Assembly (NCBI RefSeq): GCF_006345805.1 | Contig: NW_021831739.1 | Location: 1-39,606, forward strand | Length of the DNA: 39,606 nucleotides | From: Octopus sinensis | Taxonomy: Eukaryota | Direction of reading: 5' to 3' | In this document: positions 23,681 through 36,539 of the stretch, piece by piece | How positions within the stretch are numbered: the first letter of the stretch is position 1 | Layout of the letters: each line of letters opens with the position of its first letter | Position numbers and translations under genes: made by a program | The notes under the pieces: model-generated | Told to the model about the DNA's origin: nothing | Database searches by the model: none | What the model saw: the letters and a program-made list of their open reading frames with translations, nothing else

Positions 23681-26679
23681 GTAAACATACAGCAGTGGGC
23701 TCAAAAAGTAATGGCACCACTTAATAAATTTTAATATTCTGAATGTACATCCATGAATTAAAAAGTATTTTTTAAGTGAGAAAAATTAAGGGAATCAGTT
23801 CAGATTATATAAAAACAGTTCGATAGAAACGACATCAATTATTTTCTAATCCTTAATGTATTTTAGAGATGTCTACATAAAATAATATCACTAATCGAGG
23901 GAAATTAAATTCCATTAACAGCAATCAGTGGGAGTGTTTGATTAATCACGGTTTATATTTTATTATTAATATTTATAGTTGCTTGGAATTTATTTTTTGT
24001 TTGTAAAATTTTAAATCTTGTAGGTAAATATAACTGATTTTTTGATTACAGAAACTCACTATTTATTTTCTTTATTTAATGTTTAAACATTTGCTTTTTA
24101 AGTTAATAAAGATACAATAAACTTGTACTATTAATCAGGGTTCAGATGTATTTAAAATCACAAGTGTAAAAAACATGTTTATAATAAGAAAAGTCAAACA
24201 TTCAGCAGAAAATTGCTTTGACTTGAAGAACCTGTTATTTTTACAAGAAGCCGTAAAATTTGAAACTAAGCAGTACATCTCCAGAACGAATGTGCCTAAT
24301 GGTATGAAGAAAGATGAGTTTTTTCAAATAGAATTAAATGAAAATGATAATTTTTATGACGATAATAGTTTAACAAATAAAGTTAGAGATATAATAGAAA
24401 ATGAGAATTTGTTTTTAGAGTTTCAGAATTCGGAAGGTTAAGGCTAAAACTTTAATTTTAGGACGCCGTGGCCAGTATAAGCAGGATGAAAGGAGTGAAA
24501 ATAAATGGAAGGGCAATGATGAACAATAAACCACCAAGCAGTTATTTTCCAACATTAATTTGTAGATAAAACAATAGAAGACATTTCTCGGAGGGTGATG
24601 GGATGAATTTCTCCATGTGGTTCCACAAGATTGCCTTTATAACAGAAACTCAAGAAATAATGAATTTCTTTGAAGTGATGTAATATAAGTGAGCAGCTTT
24701 AGAAGAAATGCGACGAGGGTCGAGTTTGTTGAGGAAATATTTTTTACATTACCACAAAACTTTATCGTGGCGAAAAAATAGTTTTGGACTTTCATGAACA
24801 TTTTATCCATCTTCTGAGAGGGGACTTGAGTGATGAAATACCGACAGATGCACAAAGTGCTGATTCGGCGTCAGTCATATATTCAATTGAAGATTACATT
24901 AAATCAAATTCCATCATATCTTGTACAGAAGGGGAGACAATGAGCAAATTTGCGGAAATGTCATTGAAACAGTTTAATAATTAGTTATTCTGAATTTATG
25001 TATTAAATTGAATGTTCGTTTTTTTAAGGACAAATTTGTTATTTAAATTTTTAAATAAATTGTAGAATTTTTTTTGTTTTGTATTTCATATTGTATAATT
25101 TGTTTGAATTTGTTTACATGTTCTTTAAAAAATATATTAGATGTGTTCTCAAAATTTGACTCTGATAAAAATAAGTGATTATTGTTTTGTTTGTTGTAAA
25201 ACATTCTCGCAATTTACGATCGAATTTATTTATATTTAGAAATACAGTCCAAACATAAATAATAATTTACAATTGAATTTATTTTGACGATTGTATGAAA
25301 ACTCGAAATAAAATGATTAATCTTATTTAAAATTATACGAAATGGGGTACTGTTGGCTTGGGCATCTTTCAAACTTAATTTTGAGCTTATTGAATAAGCC
25401 TTAACTTGTTCTGTGAAATTTTGAAACAAAATAGACAATTTTTGATGAAACTGATTGATAAAGGGACCGAGTCATATGAGAATTCGCGAAAATTCCACTT
25501 ATATTACTTATCCTAAAATAAATAACTTTTCAACATCTGAAATTAACAAAATTAGTTGTAAGATCATCTTTTGTTTGAAATATCAACAAATTTGCAAAAA
25601 TGACGTGGTGGTTTGACCATGATAAAATTATAAAATTTTCTGTCATCACTAAGACACTTCTTATGTTGTAATTTTTGTGCATTTTCATATTAAATTGAAC
25701 TAATTTATATACATTGTACTTAACTGAATCAAATTTTGTAGTTCTCTAGTTCAGTAATTCTTTTTGAGGATTTTTCTTGATTTTGAAATTATTTTTTGTT
25801 CTTGATATAATCCAGCGTCACTTGCTGACGTACCACTTTTTAGCATAAGTTTTTTGGTGAGCTCATCATAGTTTAATACAAATAGATGATGATACAATAC
25901 ATTTCCTCTAGAATCATAAAATCAATGGCGCGAGATATAGCACGTTTTATACAACTAAGAACATGTGTCCTTAGTATGTTTCGGGTAACTCAAAGGAAAC
26001 AACACGATTCACATAGATATGTTTACCGAATTTTTTTTTTATTCTGCTAATCTAGTACTCGTTCTGTTCTAAACACAAAGGCTACCTGACAGTTTAATTG
26101 CAGCGTCAATTGTCCTCTCGAACTGAAAAAGGGGTTTTAGAACGTTTTTTCGTTAATTCATAAGAAATTCGCCTACTGAAGAAAAACAGCACTCATTTTA
26201 CGAGGTCTTCTTTAGATTGCGATTTTTCGGAGATTTTCTACGCCCTTAGCATTTTCTAGTCGCATTCCAACGGTTGTGCGTAATTTTTCGTCTTATGAAG
26301 CATTCAGTTTTTCGATACATTTTGTATTCAGGATTCGCGTTCTTGAGGTCTACTGTAGAGAAGCAGAAAAATTATTTGAATATTTTCATATTTCCGCCAT
26401 TTGACTTTAATCTTTTGAGTACTTATCTTGGACGCTTTTTCTAAATCGGTAATGCACTAATTATATTTTCAGGCTCCTTTTAAAAGTCTTGTTATTTTAA
26501 GATTAGTTATAGATTTGAACCTCGGGAAAAACCTGGAACTGACTTTTCTGCGTTACTACAAAGCCAAGGGGTTTTATGGGGAGAATGAAGAACAACATGT
26601 CATGCGCAGAATCTCCAATCAAAATGACCACCTTAAGTGCTTTAATAAATTTTTATAGTCACGATTTTATACATAAATC

Positions 26680-27400
26680 GCTTCATCATCGGCATAAATC
26701 GCTTCTTCTATTTTTCCAGTTCCTACATAGCGATCTCCAAGTATATTGTGAATAGTAGCGGTGACAGGGAGTCTCCCTGAGGAGTGCCTGTGTTTATTTC
26801 AAATTTCCCTGAGTATCTTTTTCCAACTCTCACAAGGAGATCTGTGTTAGATAGAAGAATTTGGGTCATTCTTAGACTCAATTCGTCAATAATCCCTTCC
26901 ACTACTGTCATCAGTTTGCTCCTGTTAACCGAGTCGAAGGCTTTTGATAGATCTAATTCCAGAATGTGGATGGCATTGCAATATCTTTGATGTGTCGCAC
27001 ATCTCTATTTGTAAATCCATTCTACATCAGCTTTTGATCTTCCTTCTCTGAACACACCTCGACTTTCGGGTAGTTATTCATGGGAAGGTCCTATTATTCG
27101 TTCCAATACAATGCTATCTAAGACTTTCCGTAGAGAATTTGATAATATAATTGGTCGTAGGTTTTCAACCGGTCCGTTGGGTTTATTTGGTTTTGGTATA
27201 GCTATTAGTATTCTTGTCCCCAGGTGTAAAGTTGAGTTAGTTGAAAACATTCATTTAGTAGTATAGCGATTTTTTGAAAAAGGGAGTAAGGACCATATTT
27301 TGAATTCTGGGTTTATTGTATCTAGTCCAGGGCTTTTGTCATTTTTTAGTTTTTAAAATGCTGTTTTTAATTCCAAAATTGTAATTAGTTCCTTTATGGG
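26680..27400 (-). mobile_element. RTE-like LINE reverse transcriptase fragment
   Basis: KSPGLD, IPKPNKP..NLRPI, DLSKAFDSV, GTPQGDSLSPLLF and IYADD, with stops and frameshifts. Confidence 0.88.
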
Positions 27401-28037
27401 TCTTTAATCACATTGAAAAATTTCTCAAAATTTCTTTTTTGATTTATTTTGTATATAAAGACAGTATTGTTGAATACAATCTGTTGATTTTTTTCTTTAA
27501 TTTAATCTTTATTTTATATACCGTCCAAACTAGATTATATAATGACGTTGCGTACAAAAAGTCATGTGAATATCCTGTTTCACCAAAAAAATATGAGTTT
27601 ATGTTAATATATTGAACGACGTGTTTTGATGTAACCATATTTTAACGCCTGTTGAGAAATGATGATTTTTTTGTTTTTATTTTTAATTTTTTGGTTGTTT
27701 TTCTATTTTTTGTTTTTATTATTTTCCGCAAATACAACATCTGAAAAGCCATTGAAATCTGCAAAGCCAAATTCAAACCTTGAAATAAAGTCTTTTGCTT
27801 CAAGAACAAGTTCAATTTCATTTGTCAGCTAAAATAAAAACATCAGCCAAACCAATGAAGGGTGGAAGATTTTATTCCCCAACAACTCGAAAGACACCGT
27901 TCCCACTCCCCAGACGTCAATCTGTCGATATAACGTTTTTAGAAAAGTTGAAGATATTTTTCCAGATTTCCGGAGCAATTTCAGGATATTCATCACAGCA
28001 AATTACTTGTTTCTGCCTGGCAGAAATATCAAAAATT

Positions 28038-28691
28038 TCAATTTTGATCTGTGTACTTTAAAGGAAGACTGTCTCTGCAGAAACATAATGATGAATGAAG
28101 TCACGGGAATGCTACGATACACACTTTGGCACAAAATCCCAAAAAATGAGGGCATTGATCACTTCAAAGCATTTAAATTCACTACCGTCATGCATTCTCT
28201 CAAAGAATTTACTTTAGCCATTATTTTGAGTAATATACTGTTAAATCCACTAAAGGCGACCGAAACGAATCATCGAAACGCCGTAATAACCAAAGATGTG
28301 CTCGTGGACAATATTGGACAATATTCCTGCTGTGCCATAATAGCCAAAGATCGAAATGCCGTAATAACCAAAGATGATTTTCTCAATCTTGATTTGTGTA
28401 CTTTGAAAGAAGACTGTCTCTGCAGAAACATAGTGATGAATGAAATCACGAAAATGCTACGATACACACTTTGGCACAAAATAGAAAAAAAATGAAGACA
28501 TTGATCAACTGTTCGACATAGTTGATCACTTCAAAGCATTTAAATTCACTACCGTCATGCATTCCCTCAAAGAATTCACTTTAGTCATTATTTTGAGTAA
28601 CATACTGTTAAATCCACTAAAGGCGACCGAAACGAATCATCGAAACGCCATAATAACCAAAGATATGCTCGTGGACAATATTCTTGCTGTG
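28038..28691 (+). repeat. Imperfect tandem duplication (about 280-310-bp unit) of unidentified coding-like sequence
   Basis: Copies at about 28038-28330 and 28383-28691, with a third 27-nt partial copy at 28350-28376. Confidence 0.9.
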
Positions 28692-28809
28692 TACGAGATT
28701 TATTAGCGAATGGACATCATTGGCCTGACTAACACAATGCTCAAAGATAAAACTTGAAATCGACGCAGCGAATTATCTTCAATGCGAATTATCTTCAAAA
28801 ACGATTTCT

Positions 28810-28868
28810 TTTTTTTTTTTTTAATTGCCATTTTATTATTAAAAAGGTTTTAGACGAGCTTTTTTTTT
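28810..28868 (-). mobile_element. 59-nt retrotransposition scar (poly-A tail with AATAAA)
   Basis: 13-bp direct repeat AAAAACGATTTCT at 28797-28809 and 28869-28881, with a T-run immediately inside the left copy. Confidence 0.7.
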
Positions 28869-29265
28869 AAAAACGATTTCTGAACGTTAAGATTTTGTGA
28901 ATGAGTTGAAGCAATTTAATAATTGATGCTTCGTAGTGAACAGACATTACTTTATCTTTCTGCCTTCGAAGAGGTCAGAAAAGTCAGAGTCTGGTCACCT
29001 GTTGCTGAGGAAATCTTTACTGTGTTGTCATTCAACCTAAAATTCTCTGAATTAAAAATAACTCATTATTAATGAGTGATGCCGATTAGATAAAATTGAA
29101 AAGTGAATAAGATGATTTTGCAAAACTGACTAACATTTTGGTTTTTTTTGAGTTTCATTAAAACTCTAAATTTTGATTCTTTAATAACGATTCAGATAGC
29201 TGCTGTTTTTATAATTATGTTAATTAATTGGATTCTCGTCATAATACAATTTAAGTTCATATTTT

Positions 29266-29362
29266 TAATTTATACAAACAAGACAAAAATTACAGATAGC
29301 TAAGTTAGTTAAAGGCCTCACGAGACACCCGACCAGCCGCGCGAATGGCGAAGACGTTCCCT
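29266..29362 (-). mobile_element. CRE-like extreme 3' tail
   Basis: GNVFAIRAAG...stop. Direct repeat AGTTCATATTTT at 29254-29265 and 29363-29374. Confidence 0.6.
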
Positions 29363-29379
29363 AGTTCATATTTTATAGA

Positions 29380-31003
29380 AATTTGTTTTAAATGAAAATT
29401 CAAACTAATTGATAAATCAGTCAGCTGTTGAAGAGCAATGATTTATAAGGTCAATGTAATAGGCCAATTTATTTTGTACATCAATTAATAACAATTAAAT
29501 TTAACTAAAATTGTTTTTTTGAGCCATTCCTTAGCTCTCTAACTGCAATCTCTTGTCGACCATCACCAATCCGATCCTCACTCCAGGATTGTTGTTCCAT
29601 GGGCACGATTCCGTCGTCCTCAAATTGTCGTAGAGATTTTCGTTGTAGAAAATGAATGACTTCACTAACATCACTCTCTTGAAAGTTCATCCCATGTCGG
29701 TGCTTCACTAACATGCTTTCAAGAGTTTTCTTTAGTACAATAGATTGAATATATGCCCTCGGAATAATATCCACACCCAAAGAATCCATATATGATTTGT
29801 AGAATTTACTCACAATTCCCTCCCAAGTCATAACAATAGGGACAATTTTAACTTTCGCTTTGTATATTTGGGACAACTCTCCAGCGAGGAGGTCGTATTT
29901 ATGAAGTTTTTCAACCTCAACCACCTTAAGCATCTCCTGAGAAGTGATTCCGACCTCTACTAAAGTAATCTCCCTTGTCCTTTTATCGAAAACAAATATG
30001 TCCGGCTTGTTATGTTGTACTTTGATGTCTGTCATCAGCGTCGTATCGACTCTGATCTCAACATTCTCAGTTGTTACTATTGATTGGACTGAGTGAGTCT
30101 TCAGTTTCTTTGAATATGTGATTCCATATTTACGACACAGGTTTAAATGAAGACATCTCACCACCTCATTGTGACGGCGTATATAGGGTTTTCGGATCAA
30201 TATAATAATTTTTAAATTCAAAGAAAAAAAGATCAAAAAGAGTAAATTATCGTAAATATGCCGAATGTCCAGCTTTACTTCTTCCTCGAGAAGGTCTTGT
30301 AACGACCTTAAAGCCAACTTCATCCAAAAATATTAAAGCTTTATCATTATGCAAAGCTTCCAAATTTTTGAAATCTGTTGCATATTGTCTTCTGCTTTCT
30401 ATAGTTGAAACTGAGTTTCTTCTTTCTGGTATTAATGTAACTCTTTTAAGAGTATAATGAAAAGAATTTAAAGCCTTGGCGACGGTGTCCAGTGATAATT
30501 TTAAATTAAATTTGAAAAATATCCATTCGCTCAAATCCTTCAAAGATCTGGTGCAATCTTCATCAACATATTCAACTTATTCTTGTTTCATTTCGTCTGT
30601 TAGCTTAGACCTTCTATCTCCACCACGTTTAGATGGAATAACTTTCCCCGTTTAACTTTTTCAAAATACTGTTAACGGTTTGATATTTCTTGTCGAACAG
30701 TTGAGCAATATCTTTGGTTGAATATCCATCCAAAGATTTGTTTATTATACTTTCTCTCACATCATTAGATATTATTTGTCGGCGAACAATCGCTGGTTCG
30801 ATTGAATATTCAGAAGCATTTTGATTATGTAAATCCATTAACAGTAAATTCAGATCAATAAAATTTAAATTTTATTTAATTTAAAAATTATTTTGGTTCG
30901 AAAAGTTATTATATTGGTTCGAAAAATTATTATATTGATCCGAAAACCCTATATAATCACTATTTAACATTCTATTGCATCTCGTTGCCAAATGATCGAA
31001 AGG
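29380..31003 (-). mobile_element. R4/NeSL-like RLE non-LTR retrotransposon, 5'-truncated, split by a Tc1-like element
   Basis: DHLATRCNRMLNSDY (30955-31003) joins IRRHNEVV...KPDIFVFDK...EVGIT...KLHKYDLL (PD-(D/E)xK-type endonuclease) once 30184-30951 and one TA are removed. 3' boundary approximate. Confidence 0.88.
30184..30951 (-). mobile_element. IS630-Tc1-mariner transposon, internally deleted
   Basis: About 28-bp perfect TIRs TAGGGTTTTCGGATCAATATAATAATTTTT, TA TSD, and roughly 20-nt subterminal repeats at 30880-30945. HTH region, KRGG and IFLDEVGF present; rest of the DDE domain absent. Confidence 0.92.
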
Positions 31004-32989
31004 CCATATTAAAGCAATTAATTAAATGGAATTTAATCCTGTCTAAAAATAAATCTTTTTTATCTTTGGAAAATATGCATTTTATGAACCCTTACAGATG
31101 TAGTGACGTTCCGTTAAGATGGTCTCATTATCTGAACTTGATTCTTGTAGCATTTGACTCAATTTTTTAGATTAAAGAAATTCCTTTATGATCTAAATAT
31201 TTTTTTATTTACTTGAACTTTAAAATTTCAGATTTTTGTTAGTTTCATTCTTCGGCGTGATATTAAAGATTTTATCTTTTTATAATCCGTCTGTACACTT
31301 ATTTATAATCTAAACCTTTATTGACTTTATTATTTTTTTGATAACAAGTGGTTGTACTTCTACGCCACCACCTTTTCCGAGTTTCCAAGCATTTAATGAA
31401 ACACAAATCATTCTAGGATTACAACCTCTCAATCAGGAATCTATTCTTCCTGTAGAACCGATCACTGCCGACGACTGTGCACTATACATTTGAAAATATT
31501 CCTGCTGACTTGTTTTCCCAAAAAAATCAATTTGGAATACAAAGGGACAATCTGTTGCCAGCTGTGTTGTTGATTCTTGTTAATTCTGAAAAATATTATT
31601 GTTGCAATTATGTATATAAATTTTTACACTAAAAATAGACAAATAGGAAACACAATGCTTATCCCCTGCATATATAAGCATTTGGCTTGTGGGGATACTG
31701 GTTAGACTTAGTTTTCATCTTCTCCAGGATTTGGGGCAATGGCTGAGGTGGATGACATTTGTAAACAAGTCTCGACTTTTCTTGAACGATGAATTTTTAA
31801 AAATTTCTTCTAGTATTTTAGTTTTTCTTTAAAAAGATTTGATTTTTATTCATCCTCACTTTACTAGTTTTAAAGTCAGCTTCTATTGTCTGTTTACGTT
31901 GAATATCTCATAATTGATTGATAAGTGACTAAAGAAAAAACGAATTTTTTTTAACAATTCCAAACAAGATCGATTTGCAATCCGAACCTTAATGAAAGTA
32001 AAAATTAATTTACAACGTTATCTCTCAAGGAATACTTGTATTTATGCCAATTCTTCTATTTATCTTTTTTTAGTATTCATCGGATTTATCTCAAAATCAA
32101 AGGATCCGTCTGCTAGCCATTCTCGCGATTAGTTAAAATAAACACCTTTTATGTATTCGATCATCGTTAACTGATTTTTTACAAGAATTCCCTTAAAAAT
32201 ATGTATATTTTTTTGAAAAACTATAATCTTAGATTGTTCAGACTGCTGTAAATCCTTTGAATCTTGAACTTTCCCAGACAATTCGGATTTCGGAATTTTT
32301 CAATTCTGTCCTATTATTGTCAGATTTAGAATCTGGGGACTCGATATTTTTAGAAACTAAAATAATTATAATCATAAAATTGACAATATAAGTCAAAAAC
32401 AAATAGGATCCATTTGTATCCTCAGTTAACACTTTAGACCTTTTCAGATCGATGAGGCCAATTTAACATCGCTCATTCGGAATAGAGGCATAAACATGAT
32501 TAAACGCACAATCCCTAATTTGTCACTTTGTTATGGAATGTCTTAAGTCATATAGCAATGCATTAACATTCTCCAAATATCCTTCTTTCTAGGTCAATCA
32601 AAAAATTAAATTTCAATTTGAGATCAAATAATAAACTACGAACCATTTTGTCTAAACAGGCCATGTTATCAATAGCTTGCTACAAAATTAGTCATCTTGC
32701 AAAAAATAAGAAGTCTTTATTGAGATTGAGAATTTAATAAAGCAAAATATTCTTATATTTACAAAGTTGACTTAACTAACAGCTTACCAGTAATACAGGT
32801 TCTCAGAGAATTAAGAGAGTATCTGAAGATCTAGCTCCATACTAAATCCAATTTTTATAAATTATTCTATTGGTTTTGACACTTTACTACGCATTCAACG
32901 TCCAAAAACTTCCAAAAGATTTACGGTTACATCAATAATCGTTTATTATTTAAAAATAAAAAAATATACTGGTGTTTTAATTTAATTAC

Positions 32990-33215
32990 GACCAGTTTGA
33001 GGAGGCAAAAATGGCCCGCTGACTCGAAACCGGCCTTTACGATTTTGTTGAGGGCTTTTTGTCTGTGTGCCCTGCCTGCACTCATCTTGCAGGACAGTAG
33101 GTGCAGTCCCTTTTCGTAAACAGTCTTACCGCATCTGAGCGGTGTTTAGCACAGACGTCCAAGCCGAGTCGGTAAGAGACTCAGATAAGCACTGCAGCAT
33201 CATCTAGCCGGAACA
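32990..33215 (-). mobile_element. CRE-like retrotransposon zinc-knuckle fragment
   Basis: RCGKTVYEKGLHLLSCKMSAGRAHRQKALNKIVKAGFESAG matches the CRE-type CG..V...GLH.LSC..SAGR..RH..LN pattern. Confidence 0.7.
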
Positions 33216-33559
33216 TCTAAATTGAATATAAAAAAATATGATAAATTTTATGGTGAAATTTGTAGATAATATTGATGTCGAGAGATAAAATATAATTCAT
33301 CCATTAGGACGGAATGACAATATCCCTATTTCGCCAAGGTAAGTCACTCATGTGCGATAAAACATGACGGAAATTTGGTTGTTTTTGAACATTATCTTGT
33401 CAGTTAAATCCTCAGGGTATGCTGGTGAAATTGGATATTTAATTCTAATATCATTTTTAATAGAATCAAAAATCCTATTTAATCGACCTATCTACTTCTC
33501 ATTGGCTATCAAAGGGAAACAATGGTCCACGGTACTGTCTTTTGCAAGATAGGAATTTG

Positions 33560-34110
33560 TTTTTTGCATACGCGCGATCACTCTGCGTCAATTGCAAAAA
33601 AAGCAACAAACAATTGACCATCTAGCCAAGCGGTGTGGTAGGATGCTAAACAGTGATTATCTCCGAAGACATAATAAGGTAGTTAAGTGTATTCATCTTC
33701 ACTTATGTCGAATGTATGGAATTGAAAGAACATTTAGTTGTGTCAATAATTTCGACCCAAAATGTCGAAAACAGAGTTGACAGGTCAATTATGACTGAAA
33801 GGAAAATCCAATTCAATAAACCTGACATTTTTATACATAACAAGAGGAAAAAAGAAATAAATTTAATCGAAGTGGGGATTACTTCACAAGATTGTTTAAA
33901 GCAAATTGAAATTATGAAATTTCACAAATACGATCTGCTTGTAAACGAACTATCGATCCTCTATGAAGCAAAAGTAAAGATTATTCCATTTGTCTTGACA
34001 TGGGATGGAGTTGTCTCAAAATTCTGTAAAAATCACATGGACAAGTTATCCATTGAAGAAGGAACTAGAACATACATTCAGTCGCTTGTGCTGAAAAGAA
34101 CGCTCTAGAG
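33560..34110 (+). mobile_element. R4/NeSL-like RLE retrotransposon fragment, truncated by the hAT at 34111
   Basis: CVNC...DHLAKRC (CCHC), RRHN, KPDIF, EVGIT, KYDLL and KRTLE. Confidence 0.88.
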
Positions 34111-36200
34111 CAGTGGTTCTTAACCTTTTCTAAGTCAACTCACCCTTTTGACACAATTTTGAAGTTTCAAAATTTCAGCGCCCCTTATTATCTAATTTAT
34201 TTTTTTAATTATAGATTTATTTAGGAATTTTTTTGACATTTGTCTCATTTTAATATTATCAAATATTACTTATTATTTTTAAGAATTAAAAAGAATATTC
34301 ATAAAAAACTTTTTTTTATTTAAAAATTTTGATGACTGCTTATGCCTGATTATCGATCGCTGCATATAACAAATTTTTGAACATTTGGAGGTTAAGGAAA
34401 CTGAATAAAAAGACAAAACTAAAGATAACACGTTCATTGTTCCTGTCTCGACGTATAACGGATCGATATGGAGAATCACGAAAGCTGATATGAACAGTTT
34501 GAACCAATTTCATCGAAATCAACTGAGAAGAATTACGAACATACAATTCCCAAGAAAAATATCTAACTCGACCTTATACAACAGATCTAACTCGAGACCG
34601 ATCTCCATGGACATCCTGGAATCCAGATGGAGACTTTTTGGGCACATATTGAGACTGGACAACCTCGCTCCGCCGAACATCACCATGGAAAACTATTTTG
34701 CCCAATCCAAAGGAGCTTTCCGTGGAAGACCTAGAGTCACTCTACGAAGACTTGACAGGAGTAAACAAAAGACTGAAAAGTGGGGACGATCTTGATTCAT
34801 TACGGACTATACCAAAGAACAGGGGGCATGGAAACGGATGTGTGTGAGGATACTGGCTGTGGCACAAGGAAAACTTAATTAAATTTATGATTTTCCGACA
34901 GTGCTATATAATAATTGTGCCTGATGAGAATTTGTTGGTTTCTTTATGTCAGCTTCACTATTTGACAGATTAAGTCTCAAATCTTCTTTATTCACAATTT
35001 GAAATTTATTTATTTTTTGGTCAAAATATTGGGGACTGCACTAGATCCTCTTTCAACTAGATATGTTGAAGGAAATCCTATTATGAGCGTTTCAACTTCA
35101 TTCCACTATTGAGGATATTTTTCTTCTAGTAATCCAGAATTGTTGAAATCCAAGTTTGTTGAAAATAATTTTAGCTTCAATGTCATATTTCAGATTTAAT
35201 AAATTTTATATTATTGCTTGAGATAAATTAACGATTTCAGTTTCAAATGGATTTATGTATCAATCAAAAAATTTTAAATTTGTTCGAAGCAAATTTTCAT
35301 GTCGTTTCTTAATTTTTTTTAGATGCAAACAAAAGCATTCGCAGTCCGAATCCGTCAATTTATCGACCTGATAAATATTGCTACAAAAAATAACCCCAAA
35401 TTTTTGTAGACTTAGAAAATTGATAAAAATCTTTTTCTTAATATTCTTTTCATACAGATGTAATTTTTGAATAAAATGCATGATAATTCCATTTTCATTT
35501 GTTAAATTAATATTGTTTCCCTGCAAGCTAATATTTACTTCATTAATTTTATGAAAAATATCTGCTAGATAAGCTATATCAGCTTTCAATAAAATCAATT
35601 TACTAAAACGATAAAGTAATAATAATTGCCTAAAAATTCTCTGCTCATGTAAATGACAAAATTCTAAAATTGAATGATACAATTGAAAAAATCGACGCAA
35701 ACAGTTTCCTTTTTAAAGCCATCTAAGATGGCTATGTAAAAGAAGTCGTTCATAATGCTCATCGTTTTGTTCACAAATAAACTCCAACCATCGCAGGTGC
35801 GCCATCTGTTGAACAAGCAGTAATATTGCTAAGGGGTATTTCATGTCTCCAGAAATATTGTTCAACAGTTTTATAAATTGTTAACCCTCTTGTTCCGAGT
35901 TCAATGTGTTCAGAAAATAAGAATTCTTCTCAAATTACATCATTTTGATTAATAAAACGTACGTAAATTAATACAAGTGCAACAATATCGGTAAATGTCG
36001 ATTCATCAATTTGAATTGAAAATTTTGTTGTTCTTAAAAATGCACAGATCTTAAGATTATTTAGCATTCTTGAGGGCTTCATTCCTTTATTTGTAAAGAC
36101 CTTTTTATACATGAGACACATAGGAAGTGAATTGTTATGGTTGTAAGGTATCATTCCAAACTTTAGATATTCACTCGAATATATTTTTATCAGACATCTA
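34111..36200 (-). mobile_element. hAT (Buster/Charlie, SCAND3/ZBED5-like) element, decayed; only one TIR retained
   Basis: TIR CAGTGGTTCTTAACCTTTT follows CTCTAGAG (nnnTAnnn). Motifs YLKFG, MKPSR, IDEST, TDGAPAMVG, RWL, IAYLADIF and terminal HQAQ. Large internal deletions. Confidence 0.88.
34430..34882 (+). mobile_element. RTE-like LINE 3' fragment inserted in the hAT
   Basis: FHRNQLRRI...RWRLFGHILRL...RGRPRVTL. Confidence 0.85.
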
Positions 36201-36233
36201 TAAAATATTAAATACAATTCACTCGAATATATT

Positions 36234-36410
36234 CCTCGGTATCCTCATTGCTCGGAAGAAAATGGATGCTCGCGAGTCCTCTTGGTTGAGGCAGAGGATC
36301 TCGCTCGCAATCGTGCGCGGGAAAGCGCAAGCAATCCGTTCGGCTGGGCTATAACCCCATGACTTCAATTATTATTTGAATATTAATTTGTTCAATTGTT
36401 AAAAAAAATT
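36234..36410 (+). mobile_element. CRE-like 3' tail
   Basis: DARESSWLRQRISLAIVRGKAQAIRSAGL* followed by an A-run at about 36400. No TSD found. Confidence 0.75.
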
Positions 36411-36539
36411 AACAAATATTTATTAATATTATCAGTAAATTTTTTGTTTAAGTACACACAAGACAATTTTAATTTAAAATTAATGGAAAAGAACGTGATA
36501 TTGATTTACAAAAACTAATACAAATATTTATAATAATTA

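Noticed and set aside
23686-23722. TA-CAGCAGTGGGCTCAAAAAGTAATGGCACCAC as a Tc1-like TIR
   Set aside because: No inverted partner or linked transposase found in the window, so not supportable.
29330-29366. Hairpin plus CTAG as a Helitron 3' end that could explain gene capture
   Set aside because: The hairpin is weak, and the segment is better explained as a CRE-like tail bounded by a TSD.
29505-30323. 272-aa ORF as a single protein
   Set aside because: Chimeric: the N-terminal approximately 47 codons are out-of-frame Tc1 sequence and TIR; only the remainder is retrotransposon endonuclease.
33001-33210. GC-rich island with many apparent helices and a pseudoknot, suggesting a ribozyme or ncRNA
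   Set aside because: The minus strand translates to a CRE-type zinc-knuckle region (GLHLLSCKMSAGR). No conserved ribozyme, RNase P or snRNA motif fits.
33325-33345. ACTTACCTTGGC on the minus strand, resembling the U1 snRNA 5' end
   Set aside because: No U1 stem-loops or Sm site downstream.
34915-34950. CTGATGAG hammerhead-like core
   Set aside because: It is the reverse complement of the hAT C-terminal SHQAQ codons, and no GAAA core or stems follow.
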